In this document: positions 9,599-17,767 of the stretch, piece after piece | Numbering within the stretch: position 1 is the first letter of the stretch | How the letters are laid out: each line of letters opens with the position of its first letter | Origin: Sphingobacteriaceae bacterium | GTDB taxonomy: Bacteria > Bacillota > Sulfobacillia > Thermaerobacterales > RSA17 | DNA length: 64,000 nucleotides | Assembly: GCA_035303785.1 (NCBI GenBank) | Contig: DATGRI010000020.1 | Span: 12,308-76,307, forward strand | Direction of reading: 5' to 3' | Made by a program: the position numbers and the translations under genes | The notes under the pieces: model-generated | What the model was told of the DNA's origin: nothing | What the model saw: only the letters and a program-made list of their open reading frames with translations | Database searches by the model: none

Positions 9599-10570
9599 AT
9601 GGGTTTTCCCGTAACGCGGTTGCGGCGCCTGCGCCGGTCGGAGTCCATGCGCAGCCTGGTGCGGGAGACGGAGCTGCGACCCAGCGACCTGATTTATCCT
9701 GTGTTTGTCGTGGCGGGCAGCGGCGTGCGCGAGCCCATCCACGCCATGCCCGGCCAGCACCGCCGGTCGGTGGACCTCTTGGTCCAGGAACTGGCGCCCC
9801 TGGTGGACAAGGGGCTGCGGGCCGTCATGCTCTTCGGCGTGGTGGATGCCAAGGACGAGCGGGGCAGCAGCGCCACCGACCCCGAGGGGCCGGTGGCCCA
9901 GGCCTGCGCCGCCCTGGGCCGGGAATTCCCCGACCTGGTGATCATGACCGATGTCTGCCTGTGCGGCTACACCAGCCACGGTCACTGCGGCATCGTGACG
10001 GACGGGGTCATCGACAACGATGAGACTTTGGAAATTCTCGCCGACATGGCGGTAACCCATGCCCGGGCCGGGGCCCACGTGGTGGCCCCTTCGGACATGA
10101 TGGACGGCCGGGTGGGGGCCATCCGGGCCGCCCTGGACCAGGCCGGCTTCACCCAGACGGCCATCATGGCCTACAGTGCCAAGTACGCCTCGGCTTACTA
10201 CGGGCCTTTCCGGGAAGCCGCCGGATCGGCGCCGGCCTTCGGCGACCGCCGCACCTACCAGATGGACCCGGCCAACCGGCGGGAGGCCATCCGGGAAGCC
10301 GCCTTGGATGTAGAGGAAGGGGCCGACATCGTAATGGTCAAGCCGGCCCTGGCCTACTTGGATGTGGTGGCCGCCGTCAAGGAGCAGGGCACGGCGCCCG
10401 TGGCGGCCTACAACGTGAGCGGCGAGTACGCCATGATCAAAGCCGCCGCCGCCCAGGGCTGGATCGACGAGCGGGCCGTGGTGCTGGAAACCTTGACGGG
10501 CATGAAGCGGGCCGGGGCGGATTTGATCCTCACCTATCACGCCCCCGACCTTCTGGATTGGTTGACATGA
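9599..10570 (+). CDS. hemB: Porphobilinogen synthase (delta-aminolevulinate dehydratase), Zn/Cys-rich type
   Basis: Starts MGFPVTRLRRLRRSESMRSLVRET. Cys-rich metal site is DVCLCGYTSHGHCG. Also contains VMVKPA and SGEYAM. Confidence 0.9.
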   Translation: MGFPVTRLRRLRRSESMRSLVRETELRPSDLIYPVFVVAGSGVREPIHAMPGQHRRSVDLLVQELAPLVDKGLRAVMLFGVVDAKDERGSSATDPEGPVAQACAALGREFPDLVIMTDVCLCGYTSHGHCGIVTDGVIDNDETLEILADMAVTHARAGAHVVAPSDMMDGRVGAIRAALDQAGFTQTAIMAYSAKYASAYYGPFREAAGSAPAFGDRRTYQMDPANRREAIREAALDVEEGADIVMVKPALAYLDVVAAVKEQGTAPVAAYNVSGEYAMIKAAAAQGWIDERAVVLETLTGMKRAGADLILTYHAPDLLDWLT

Positions 10571-11583
10571 AGGGCAGCGGCACCCAGGACTTGATCCAAG
10601 GGCTACTGGCCGGCAACCGCCGGGCCCTGGCCCGGGCCATCACCCTCATCGAAAACCGGGACCCGGCGGCCCGGGACATACTGCGCCACATCTACCCCCT
10701 GGCGGCGGACCCGGCCATCATCGGCGTCACCGGCGCACCGGGGGTGGGCAAGAGCACCTTGGTGGCCGCCTTGACCCGGGCCTACCGGGCCCGGGGGCGC
10801 CGGGTGGGCGTCCTGGCGGTGGATCCCAGCAGCCCCTTCACCGGCGGCGCATTGCTGGGCGACCGGGTGCGGCTCATGACCGCCGAGCGGGACGATGATG
10901 TGTATTTCCGCAGCGTGGCCACCCGGGGACGGGTGGGCGGCCTTTCCCGGGCCACCGCCTCGGTGCTCCAAGTTATGGCAGCGGCTTCCTTTGACCCCAT
11001 CTTGTTGGAGACCGTCGGGGCCGGGCAGTCTGAAGTTGAAGTGATGGGCCTGGCCGAGACGGTGCTGGTGGTCCTGGCGCCGGGCCTGGGTGATGAAATC
11101 CAGGCCTTCAAGGCCGGCATCCTGGAAATCGGTGATATTTTCGTCGTCAACAAGGCCGACCGGGAAGGGGCCGACCGGACGGTGACGGAGTTGAAGGCCA
11201 TGCTGGCCCTGGGCCCCGGCCATCCCGGGGAGGACGACGGCCATTGGCGGCCGCCGGTCATCAAGACCGTGGCCCGGGACGGGGAAGGCATCGAGGAACT
11301 TATAGAAGCCATCGTCGAGCACCGCCGGTTCGTCCGGGCCAGCGGCCGCACCGCCGCTCGCCGACGGCGCTTGGCGGAGCAGCAGTTGTGGGAGAGCGCC
11401 GCCGAGCGCCTGGTGGCCGACCTGCAGCAGGCCGCCCAGGCCCGCAGCCTATGGTCGGAGGCGGTGGCGGCCATCGCCGAGGGCCGGCGGGATCCCGACA
11501 GCGTGGTGGAAGACTTGCTGGCGGCCGTCGACGGCCGGAAAGAGGCCTCAGAGCCCCAGGAGAAAGGAGGGGTCGGTGCATGA
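10567..11583 (+). CDS. meaB: MeaB/ArgK-type G3E P-loop GTPase (methylmalonyl-CoA-mutase-associated family)
   Basis: Contains GVTGAPGVGKSTLV, LAVDPSSPFTGGALLGDRVRM, ETVGAGQSE and VVNKADREGA. Its ATG overlaps the hemB TGA (ATGA). Confidence 0.8.
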   Translation: MKGSGTQDLIQGLLAGNRRALARAITLIENRDPAARDILRHIYPLAADPAIIGVTGAPGVGKSTLVAALTRAYRARGRRVGVLAVDPSSPFTGGALLGDRVRLMTAERDDDVYFRSVATRGRVGGLSRATASVLQVMAAASFDPILLETVGAGQSEVEVMGLAETVLVVLAPGLGDEIQAFKAGILEIGDIFVVNKADREGADRTVTELKAMLALGPGHPGEDDGHWRPPVIKTVARDGEGIEELIEAIVEHRRFVRASGRTAARRRRLAEQQLWESAAERLVADLQQAAQARSLWSEAVAAIAEGRRDPDSVVEDLLAAVDGRKEASEPQEKGGVGA

Positions 11584-12887
11584 TCCAAACCCACGAGCTG
11601 GCCAACGGCCTGCAGATCGTGACCCGGGAATCCCGGCGGGTGCCCGTGGTGGCCATTTTCATGTGGTACCGGGTGGGGTCCCGCAACGAGGTGCCGGGCA
11701 GTACGGGCATTTCCCACTGGGTGGAGCATATGCAGTTCAACGGCACGCCCCGCTATCCCAAGGGCCGGCTGGATCAACTGGTAACCAGCAAGGGTGGCCA
11801 GTGGAACGGCTTCACCTGGCTGGACTTCACCGCCTATTTCGAAGTGATGCCCAAAGAGCACCTGGACTTGATGCTGGACATGGAAGCCGACCGCATGACC
11901 AATTCCTTGTTCGACCCTGAGCAGGTGGAGAAGGAGCGCACCGTCATCATCAGCGAGCGCCAGGGCTCGGAAAACTACCCGGGGTTCTGGCTGCAGGAGG
12001 CGGTCCAGTCCACCGCCTACCATGTGCACCCCTACCGCCAGAGCGTCATCGGCACCATGGGCGACCTGCGGTCCATCACCCGGGATGAGCTCTACCAGCA
12101 CTACCGCCGCTACTACGTGCCCAACAACGCCATCCTGGTGGCCGTGGGGGACTTCGACACGGAGCACCTGCTGTCCCGGGTGGAGCATTTCTTCGGGAAC
12201 ATCCCCCGGGGCCCCGAGCCCCCGGAGGTGCGGCCGGTGGAGCCCAAGCAGCATGGGGAGCGGCGGGTGACGGTGCGCCGACCCGGGCCGGCTCCCTATA
12301 TGCAGGTGGTCTACCACATTCCGGCGGCAGACCATCCCGACCTGGTGCCCCTGCTGGTGGCCGACGGCATCCTGTCGGGGGGCAAGGCCGTCAACGGCCA
12401 CGGGGGCGGCACCGCCCGCACCTCCCGGCTGTACCGCCGCCTGGTGGACACGGGCCTGGCCACCCGGGCCGGCACCTACCTGATGCGCACCCGGGATCCC
12501 GGGCTCTTCGGCCTCCACGTATCCCTCCAGCCGGGGGCCGACGTGGACGAGGTGGAGAAGGCGGCTTTCGAGGAGATCGACAAGCTGGGCCGGGAGGAGC
12601 CGGAGGCGGAGGAGCTGGAGCGGGCCGTCAAGCAGCTGCGGGCCCAGTGGCTGTACAGCATGGAGGGCGTGGTGGGCCAGGCCATGCTCCTGGGCCGCCT
12701 GGCCATCATCAACCAGCTGGACGACTTCGCTACCTTGCCCGACCGCATTGCCGCCGTGCCCGCCGCCGAGGTGAGCCGGGTCGTCCGGGAATACCTGCAT
12801 GCCGATAACCGGACGGTGGGCTGGTTCCTGCCCACCGGGGCCAACGGGCTGGAGGTGGGCAGCGTTGAATCTGCCAGGGCCGGATGA
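11580..12887 (+). CDS. M16 (pitrilysin) family zinc peptidase, catalytic-type subunit
   Basis: Inverted zincin motif HWVEH (HxxEH) in GISHWVEHMQFNGT. The ATG overlaps the meaB stop (ATGA). The ORF-track start at 11244 is an upstream extension overlapping meaB. Confidence 0.8.
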   Translation: MIQTHELANGLQIVTRESRRVPVVAIFMWYRVGSRNEVPGSTGISHWVEHMQFNGTPRYPKGRLDQLVTSKGGQWNGFTWLDFTAYFEVMPKEHLDLMLDMEADRMTNSLFDPEQVEKERTVIISERQGSENYPGFWLQEAVQSTAYHVHPYRQSVIGTMGDLRSITRDELYQHYRRYYVPNNAILVAVGDFDTEHLLSRVEHFFGNIPRGPEPPEVRPVEPKQHGERRVTVRRPGPAPYMQVVYHIPAADHPDLVPLLVADGILSGGKAVNGHGGGTARTSRLYRRLVDTGLATRAGTYLMRTRDPGLFGLHVSLQPGADVDEVEKAAFEEIDKLGREEPEAEELERAVKQLRAQWLYSMEGVVGQAMLLGRLAIINQLDDFATLPDRIAAVPAAEVSRVVREYLHADNRTVGWFLPTGANGLEVGSVESARAG

Positions 12888-14202
12888 AATCTTTAGACAC
12901 CCCTTGGCCAACGGCCTGACCATCCTGGCCTTCCGGCGGCCGGACCTGCCCTTTGCCTGCCTGTCCCTGGAAGTGCAGGCGGGCAGCCGGTTGGACGCGC
13001 CGGAGACGGCGGGCCTGGCCGCCTTGACGGCCGCCGCCTTGACCCGGGGCACCCGGCGGCGCAAGGCAGAGGAGCTGTTCGCCGAGACCGAGGGCCTGGG
13101 CATGGACTTGTCCTCGGGCTCCGGCGCCGATGTGGCATCGGTGGACATGCGCACGCTGCTGGAGGACCTGCCCCGGGCCTTGGAAATCATGGCCGAGGTG
13201 GCCCTGGAGCCCGCCTTCCTTCCCGAAGAAGTGGAGAAAATCCAGGGGCAGACCATAGCCCGGCTGGAAGAGGCCGAGGACGACGCCGACTACGTGGCGG
13301 AACGGGAACTGCGGCGCCAGGTCTTCCCGCCCGGCCATCCCTACCGGCTGCCCACTTCGGGCTACAAGGACACGGTGGCCCGGCTGGCTGCCGGTGATCT
13401 GGCCGCCTTCCACCGGCGGCACTACACGCCCCAAGGCGCCGCCCTGGCGGTGGTGGGCGACATCGATGTGGACCGGCTGGTGCCCGCCATCGAAGCCGCC
13501 TTCGGCCATTGGCAGGTCCCGGAGGCCGATGCCCCCGGCGTCGCTGAGACCTCGCCGGGAGAGGCTGCCCGGCCCCAGGAGCCCATACGCATCACCTTGC
13601 CGGGCAAGAGCCAGAGCGAGATCGCCGTGGGCGGTCCGGGGCCAGCCCGCACCGATCCCCAATACGAAGCTTTGTCCATGGCCAACTTGATTCTGGGCCG
13701 GCTGGGCCTGGGCGGCCGAATCGGCGCCAACGTCCGGGAGCGCCTGGGCTTGGCCTACAGCGCCTACAGCCTGCTGGTGGGCTACGAAAAGGCCGGCATC
13801 TGGATGGTCCGGGCCGGCGTGGGGCCCGGCGCCGTGGACCAGGCTCTGGCCGCCATCATGGCGGAATTGGAGGCCTTCAGCCGGAGCCCCGTCACCCAGC
13901 AGGAGCTGGAGGACGCCAAGGGCTATCTCCTGGGCTCCCTGCCCCTGCGCCTGGAGCGGGCGGCAGGCATGGTGAACCTGCTCCTGGCCATGGAGCGGTA
14001 TCAACTGGGCTTCGACTACCTGCAGCGGTATCCCGATCTCATCCGGGGCCTGACGGCCGAAGACCTGCTGGCGGTGGTACAGAAGCACATCCGGCCCGAC
14101 AAGAGCGTCACCGTCGTGGCCGGGCCCGACGCAACCGAGGGAGCGGACGCCGGCGCCACGGTGGGCGCGCCGGCGGGCACTCCGGCGGGCACCGCCGGGT
14201 AA
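12865..14202 (+). CDS. M16 family peptidase-like protein without the HxxEH motif (probable non-catalytic partner)
   Basis: M16 fold-like sequence (LANGLTILAFRRPDLPF…EVQAGSRLD) with no HxxEH. TTG at 12865 is 9 nt after GGAGG. It overlaps the end of the preceding M16 gene. Confidence 0.75.
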   Translation: MNLPGPDEIFRHPLANGLTILAFRRPDLPFACLSLEVQAGSRLDAPETAGLAALTAAALTRGTRRRKAEELFAETEGLGMDLSSGSGADVASVDMRTLLEDLPRALEIMAEVALEPAFLPEEVEKIQGQTIARLEEAEDDADYVAERELRRQVFPPGHPYRLPTSGYKDTVARLAAGDLAAFHRRHYTPQGAALAVVGDIDVDRLVPAIEAAFGHWQVPEADAPGVAETSPGEAARPQEPIRITLPGKSQSEIAVGGPGPARTDPQYEALSMANLILGRLGLGGRIGANVRERLGLAYSAYSLLVGYEKAGIWMVRAGVGPGAVDQALAAIMAELEAFSRSPVTQQELEDAKGYLLGSLPLRLERAAGMVNLLLAMERYQLGFDYLQRYPDLIRGLTAEDLLAVVQKHIRPDKSVTVVAGPDATEGADAGATVGAPAGTPAGTAG

Positions 14203-14220
14203 GAGGCTGCCCTTCCATTG

Positions 14221-14267
14221 GCCCGGGTCCGGTATTGCCCGGTCCGGTGCTGCCCGGGTCCGGAGCC
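14221..14267. repeat. Three tandem ~15-bp GC-rich repeats in a convergent intergenic region
   Basis: Direct reading: gcccgggtccggtatt / gcccggtccggtgct / gcccgggtccggagcc. Confidence 0.7.
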
Positions 14268-14286
14268 GCTGAGCCGGCGTTTCCGG

Positions 14287-14778
14287 TTATAGGCGCCTTT
14301 CAAGGTGTGTGCTCGGTAACCGGCCCTGTTCCCGGTAAGGAGCCGCCGCCGCCCGGATGGCGGTGTAGATGAGCCAGTAGTCGGTGGGTGTGGCGGGATC
14401 CCATCCTTGAATGGACAGCCCGGCCAGGGCCGCGATGTCCTCCGCCGGCACCTGGGGGTTTTCCCGCCAGAAGATGCGCAAGGCATCGGGCAGGGGCTTC
14501 AGGGATGGCGCTTCGACGGTGGCGGCCGCCTCCTGCCGGGCCGGCTCATGGGGCCCGTTGTCCACACCCATCAACTGGGTGACATGCACATCCAAGGCCC
14601 GGGCCAGCCGGTACACGATCTCCGCCGACGGCTGCTTCTCCGGGTAGTTTTCCATCTGGGACAAATAGGCCTTGGAAACGTTGGCGCGGCGGGCCAGTTC
14701 CGTCAGGCTCATCCCTTTGGCTTTCCGGGCGGCCCGCACGTTCAGGCCGATGGTCAAGGTGGAGTGGTGGCGGGACAC
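14287..14778 (-). CDS. XRE-family helix-turn-helix transcriptional regulator with an uncharacterised C-terminal domain
   Basis: HTH region is IGLNVRAARKAKGMSLTELARRANVSKAYLSQMEN. GTG at 14778 is 7 nt after GGAGG. An alternative ATG lies at 14823. Confidence 0.7.
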   Translation of the reverse strand: MSRHHSTLTIGLNVRAARKAKGMSLTELARRANVSKAYLSQMENYPEKQPSAEIVYRLARALDVHVTQLMGVDNGPHEPARQEAAATVEAPSLKPLPDALRIFWRENPQVPAEDIAALAGLSIQGWDPATPTDYWLIYTAIRAAAAPYREQGRLPSTHLERRL

Positions 14779-14903
14779 AACCAGCCCTCCCCGCTGGGGT
14801 CCGCGGACTGATGCGGCAGGCAAAGGGTGCTGCCTTCCGACTTTCCACAGTTGACGGGGACGTTCCTGCCGCCGGGGAGGCGGCTTATTGGCTTGCGGCT
14901 CTC

Positions 14904-15500
14904 CTAGGGGCCGCGGGCCAGCATCCTGGTAAGGCCCAGCACGATGAAGATGGTGCCCGGCAAGTAGGCTGCCAGCCAGGAGCGGCCGGCGGCGGGCGCC
15001 GTCCGGGCGCCGGCGAAGGCGCCCAGGAGCAGGGACAGGGTGGTGGCCAGGGCCACGGCGATGGGGAGCAGCGGGCCCGGCCGGCCCCCCAGGCTCATGG
15101 CGATGCCGGTGCCCGCGGCGTCAATGGCCAGGGCGATGCCCAGCCAAACGGCTTCTCCCAGGGAGATGTCCCCCGAGCGGTCGAAGTCGGGCCATGTTTC
15201 CACCGCTGGGTCGGCGGCCGGCCGCCGGGCCAGCAGCCAGCAGCCCAGCCCCACCAGCAGGCCGCCCCCCAGCCAGGGGGTCAGCCCGGGCGGCAAGATC
15301 CCGGCCAGGCGTTGACCCGCCAGCAGGGCAGCCAGCACCAGCAGGCCCGACATGCCGCCCACCACCAGGGCCGACAGGGCGGGCACCTTCACCCTGCGGA
15401 CGGCGAAGGCGGCGCCGGCGAAAAAGGCATCGACGCTCAAGGCAAGAGCAACCACCAGGGTGGCCGGCAACCCCACCAGGACCCCCTCCTCTTTGTGCAC
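14904..15500 (-). CDS. MntP/YtaF-family (DUF204) membrane protein, resembling sporulation protein YtaF
   Basis: Six-TM-like 198-aa protein with LSVDAFF and DRSGDISLGEAVWLGIALAIDA motifs. Confidence 0.7.
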   Translation of the reverse strand: MHKEEGVLVGLPATLVVALALSVDAFFAGAAFAVRRVKVPALSALVVGGMSGLLVLAALLAGQRLAGILPPGLTPWLGGGLLVGLGCWLLARRPAADPAVETWPDFDRSGDISLGEAVWLGIALAIDAAGTGIAMSLGGRPGPLLPIAVALATTLSLLLGAFAGARTAPAAGRSWLAAYLPGTIFIVLGLTRMLARGP

Positions 15501-15707
15501 CTCCGCTGCCCCTGCCGGGCGCGGGATCAGACCTGCCGCCGCCGGGTCTTCCCCATCTTATGGACTTGTCGGGAGGCTGGTACCGGCCCCATCAGGGCCC
15601 GCCGGATGCCACAGAAACCACAGCATGCCGCGCAAGCCCGCCGCGGCTCTTGGCGGCGGGCCATAGCCTGCGGGCCGGCGGAAATACTTATGGTGAGGAG
15701 GGGTTCC

Positions 15708-15941
15708 ATGACGGTCGTGGTCTGCGCCGCCACCAACTGCACCCACAACGACGGCGGCATCTGCGGAAAAGACGAAATCAAACTCGCCTTCGTGCCCGGA
15801 TCCCATGTGGATCTACACTGCGCCGACTTCCATGAGCGCACCCCCGGCGGGGCCAAGGAATGGCGGGGTAACACCCATGCCTTGGAGCAGGATTATTCCG
15901 GCGAGGGCTCCGAGTCTGTTTCACCCTCGTCACAAAAGTAG
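15708..15941 (+). CDS. DUF1540-like small Cys-rich protein
   Basis: Product begins MTVVVCAATNCTHNDGGICGKDEIKL…HCADFHE. ATG follows GAGGAGGGG. Only the last 77 codons of the 376-aa track ORF look like real coding sequence. Confidence 0.6.
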   Translation: MTVVVCAATNCTHNDGGICGKDEIKLAFVPGSHVDLHCADFHERTPGGAKEWRGNTHALEQDYSGEGSESVSPSSQK

Positions 15942-16256
15942 GACGTTAAATCGGTAGGACGTTAAATCGGGGCTCCTCCTGGTCCAGGGATTTTTCTGCC
16001 CAGTTCGTCGCGCCTCTTGGGCGTCTTCCTCGTAGAAGAGATGCACCGGCTCCCCCTTGACGGCCTGCCAGGCCTGCTCCACCTTTCCCTTAATGAGGTA
16101 GCGCAAAAAATCGCACAAGATTTTCTGGCCTAGCGGGCCAACTATTGAGTTTTCAGTCGCTAGGGGGCGATTTTTTGCGGTGCAAAAATCCGGATTGCGC
16201 AGGAATGAGCCCAAAATCAGGGCTAGTTCATCATTCTTGTGCTGTTTATCAGCCAA
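15930..16256 (-). other. 108-aa ORF in a low-GC pocket, possibly a gene remnant or mobile-element scar; function unknown
   Basis: Plausible coding composition (…KILCDFLRYLIKGKVEQAWQAVKGEPVHLFYEEDAQEARR…) but no RBS and no recognisable family. It overlaps copy C of the dispersed repeat. Confidence 0.25.
15938..15969. repeat. Perfect tandem duplication, 2 x 16 bp (gtaggacgttaaatcg)
   Basis: Read directly: 15938-15953 equals 15954-15969. It overlaps the DUF1540 stop codon. Confidence 0.9.
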
Positions 16257-16300
16257 ATTTTCCGCAGAACGATGTCCGAAAACGCAGCAGATGTTTCATC
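16100..16300 (-). repeat. Copy C (partial, inverted) of the dispersed low-GC repeat, with CGCAAAAT-like boxes
   Basis: The reverse complement contains ggctcattcctgcgcaatccgg. This is comparable to ggctcaag…attttgcgcaacgg in copy A and ggctcaaag…ctttttgcggaacaag in copy B. Several gcaaaa(a)t / attttgcg words are present. Confidence 0.35.
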
Positions 16301-16371
16301 CGGGCCTTTTCAGTTCAGCCATTTTTTGTGGGGCAGCCTGCCGGCAGCGTTTTTGGAGACCTGAACTCGGC

Positions 16372-16405
16372 GACAAAAAGAGAAAGCCCGGCTTCCCACC
16401 GGGCT
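16372..16405 (-). terminator. Rho-independent terminator of tRNA-Pro
   Basis: On the minus strand a 7-bp stem (agcccgg/ccgggct) with a 7-nt loop is followed by TTCTCTTTTTGT. Confidence 0.7.
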
Positions 16406-16424
16406 CAGATCCGATCCTGTGATG

Positions 16425-16499
16425 TCGGGTTGGTGGGATTTGAACCCACGGCCTCCACGTCCCGAACGTGGCGCGCTAACCGGACTGCGCTACAACCCG
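16425..16499 (-). tRNA. tRNA-Pro (anticodon CGG); CCA not encoded
   Basis: Hand-folded cloverleaf. Acceptor CGGGTTG/CAACCCG, D arm GCGC/GCGC, anticodon stem CCACG/CGTGG with loop TTCGGGA, T arm GTGGG-TTCAAAT-CCCAC, discriminator A. 75 nt. Confidence 0.85.
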
Positions 16500-16507
16500 T
16501 ACCTGCC

Positions 16508-16536
16508 ATTATAGGACCGGGAGCACAGGACGTCAA
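16508..16536 (-). promoter_or_regulatory. Sigma-A-type promoter for tRNA-Pro
   Basis: On the minus strand: TTGACG, 17-nt spacer, TATAAT. The -10 ends about 8 nt upstream of the tRNA 5' end. Confidence 0.6.
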
Positions 16537-16654
16537 TTTTGCAGGATTTCCGGCCCAGAGGTGGTATTTTACATGGCGAAACAAAAATCTTTGCCAGCGC
16601 ACGGTGACCGGGAGCCATGGTTGTTGTGCGCTGAACCTTCAAGGAGGTTTTTTC

Positions 16655-16999
16655 ATGACACTTCGGCGCAGTCGGTTGTTCGGCCGTCCGCTGTTGGTAG
16701 TGCTGGCGATCATGCTGGCGCTGGTACTGGCAGCTTGTGGGGGTGGCGGTGGTGCACCCGCCGACGACGACAGCCAAGACGATGCCGATGACGGAGCTCC
16801 CGTCGAAGACGTAGATACCGAAGACGACGACGCAGCAGACGATGCTGATGACGCCGACGATGGCGCAGATGATGCTGATGACGTTGCCGACGATGCGGAT
16901 GACGCCGCGGACGCCGCCGATGATGCGGACGATGCGGCCGATGACGCCGGCGACGATGCTGGCGAAGACAACGGTGACGACGCCGACGACGCTTCCTAA
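16655..16999 (+). CDS. Extremely acidic Asp/Ala-repeat lipoprotein
   Basis: RBS AAGGAGG lies 7 nt upstream of the ATG. The signal peptide MTLRRSRLFGRPLLVVLAIMLALVLAAC carries the lipobox LAAC. Of the 86 residues after the Cys, 43 are Asp/Glu and none is basic. The upstream part of the track ORF (from 16145) runs through the tRNA and was discarded. Confidence 0.6.
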   Translation: MTLRRSRLFGRPLLVVLAIMLALVLAACGGGGGAPADDDSQDDADDGAPVEDVDTEDDDAADDADDADDGADDADDVADDADDAADAADDADDAADDAGDDAGEDNGDDADDAS

Positions 17000-17060
17000 G
17001 TCGACGTCATCGTAAACCCTTTGCCTTCTTAGGCTTGAATTGAAAAATGGCTCACGTTTT

Positions 17061-17113
17061 CGCCGCGGGCGGCTGCCGTCTCCTTGGGTGGCCGTCGCGG
17101 CGAATTCGTTTTT
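17061..17113. terminator. GC hairpin with T/A tracts between convergent genes (possible bidirectional terminator)
   Basis: cgccgcg (17061-17067) pairs with cgcggcg (17096-17102). It is followed by gttttt on the plus strand and by an A/T-rich run on the minus strand. Confidence 0.4.
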
Positions 17114-17120
17114 GCCCGCC

Positions 17121-17567
17121 TTAACGAAGGCGGCCTTTGCTGTTCTCCAGCACAGCCGCCGCCCGCCGGCGCTCCTCGGCGCTGTTCACCAGCACCGTCA
17201 ACAAGTAAGGGGCGCTGTCCAGCAGTTCGGGGGCGCTCATGCCGCTGACCGCGGGATGGGCGGCATCGGCCACCCGCTGGCTCCGATCTTCCTCCCGGAC
17301 TAAGTGGATGGGAAAGCCCGTGTCCGACAGGCTGCCCCTGGGCCCTCCTTGGCTGATGCGGTCGATGTCCACCTCGGTGAAGCCTTCCTTGTTGAGGGCT
17401 TCGGCGGCCGCCTCGGCCCAGCGGCGGGACGAGAAGTAGGCGGTCACCGCCGGCACTTGGAAATGGGGCTCCCGCTGGAAGTAGGCGCCCATGGGCTGAT
17501 GGGAGTCCCGGGGGTCGGCGGCATCCCCGGCGGCATCGCCGGCAGATGGATCCCTTGGCTTGCTCAT
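17121..17567 (-). CDS. Hypothetical protein (148 aa)
   Basis: This frame has ordinary composition (…AYFSSRRWAEAAAEALNKEGFTEVDIDRI…LLTVLVNSAEERRRAAAVLE). The overlapping 195-aa ORF is R/G/P-rich noise. The ATG is 10 nt after AGGAG. No family assigned. Confidence 0.45.
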   Translation of the reverse strand: MSKPRDPSAGDAAGDAADPRDSHQPMGAYFQREPHFQVPAVTAYFSSRRWAEAAAEALNKEGFTEVDIDRISQGGPRGSLSDTGFPIHLVREEDRSQRVADAAHPAVSGMSAPELLDSAPYLLTVLVNSAEERRRAAAVLENSKGRLR

Positions 17568-17767
17568 CGAGGGCATGCTCCTTTCTGCTCTCAGCATTTC
17601 CACCGCCCCGGTGCAAGTCGCCGCCTAAATTCCACCGCTCTTTCCAGGGGTCTGCAGGGGGGGCGGTGGGTAAAGCCCCCCGCCTTCGCTCACAATATCC
17701 CCACGAACGCCGCCCGACAGCCCACGGTCATGGCTCGCACGTCGCCCGTTTCTGAGGAGGGAATCCC

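Noticed and set aside
15501-15700. yybP-ykoY (Mn) riboswitch upstream of the MntP/YtaF-like gene
   Set aside because: I could not find the conserved GGGGAGUAG and GAGACC-type junction elements on the minus strand. There is only a vague GGGGAAGACC…GGTCTGA similarity.
14811-15707. N-terminal ~300 codons of the 376-aa plus ORF upstream of the DUF1540 domain
   Set aside because: The translation is G/Q/P/A/H-rich noise and lies antisense to the YtaF-like membrane protein. A strong RBS and ATG at 15708 define the real 77-aa gene.
16145-16654. Upstream part of the 284-aa ORF that ends in the acidic lipoprotein
   Set aside because: It reads straight through tRNA-Pro and its promoter. The lipoprotein has its own AAGGAGG-ATG start at 16655.
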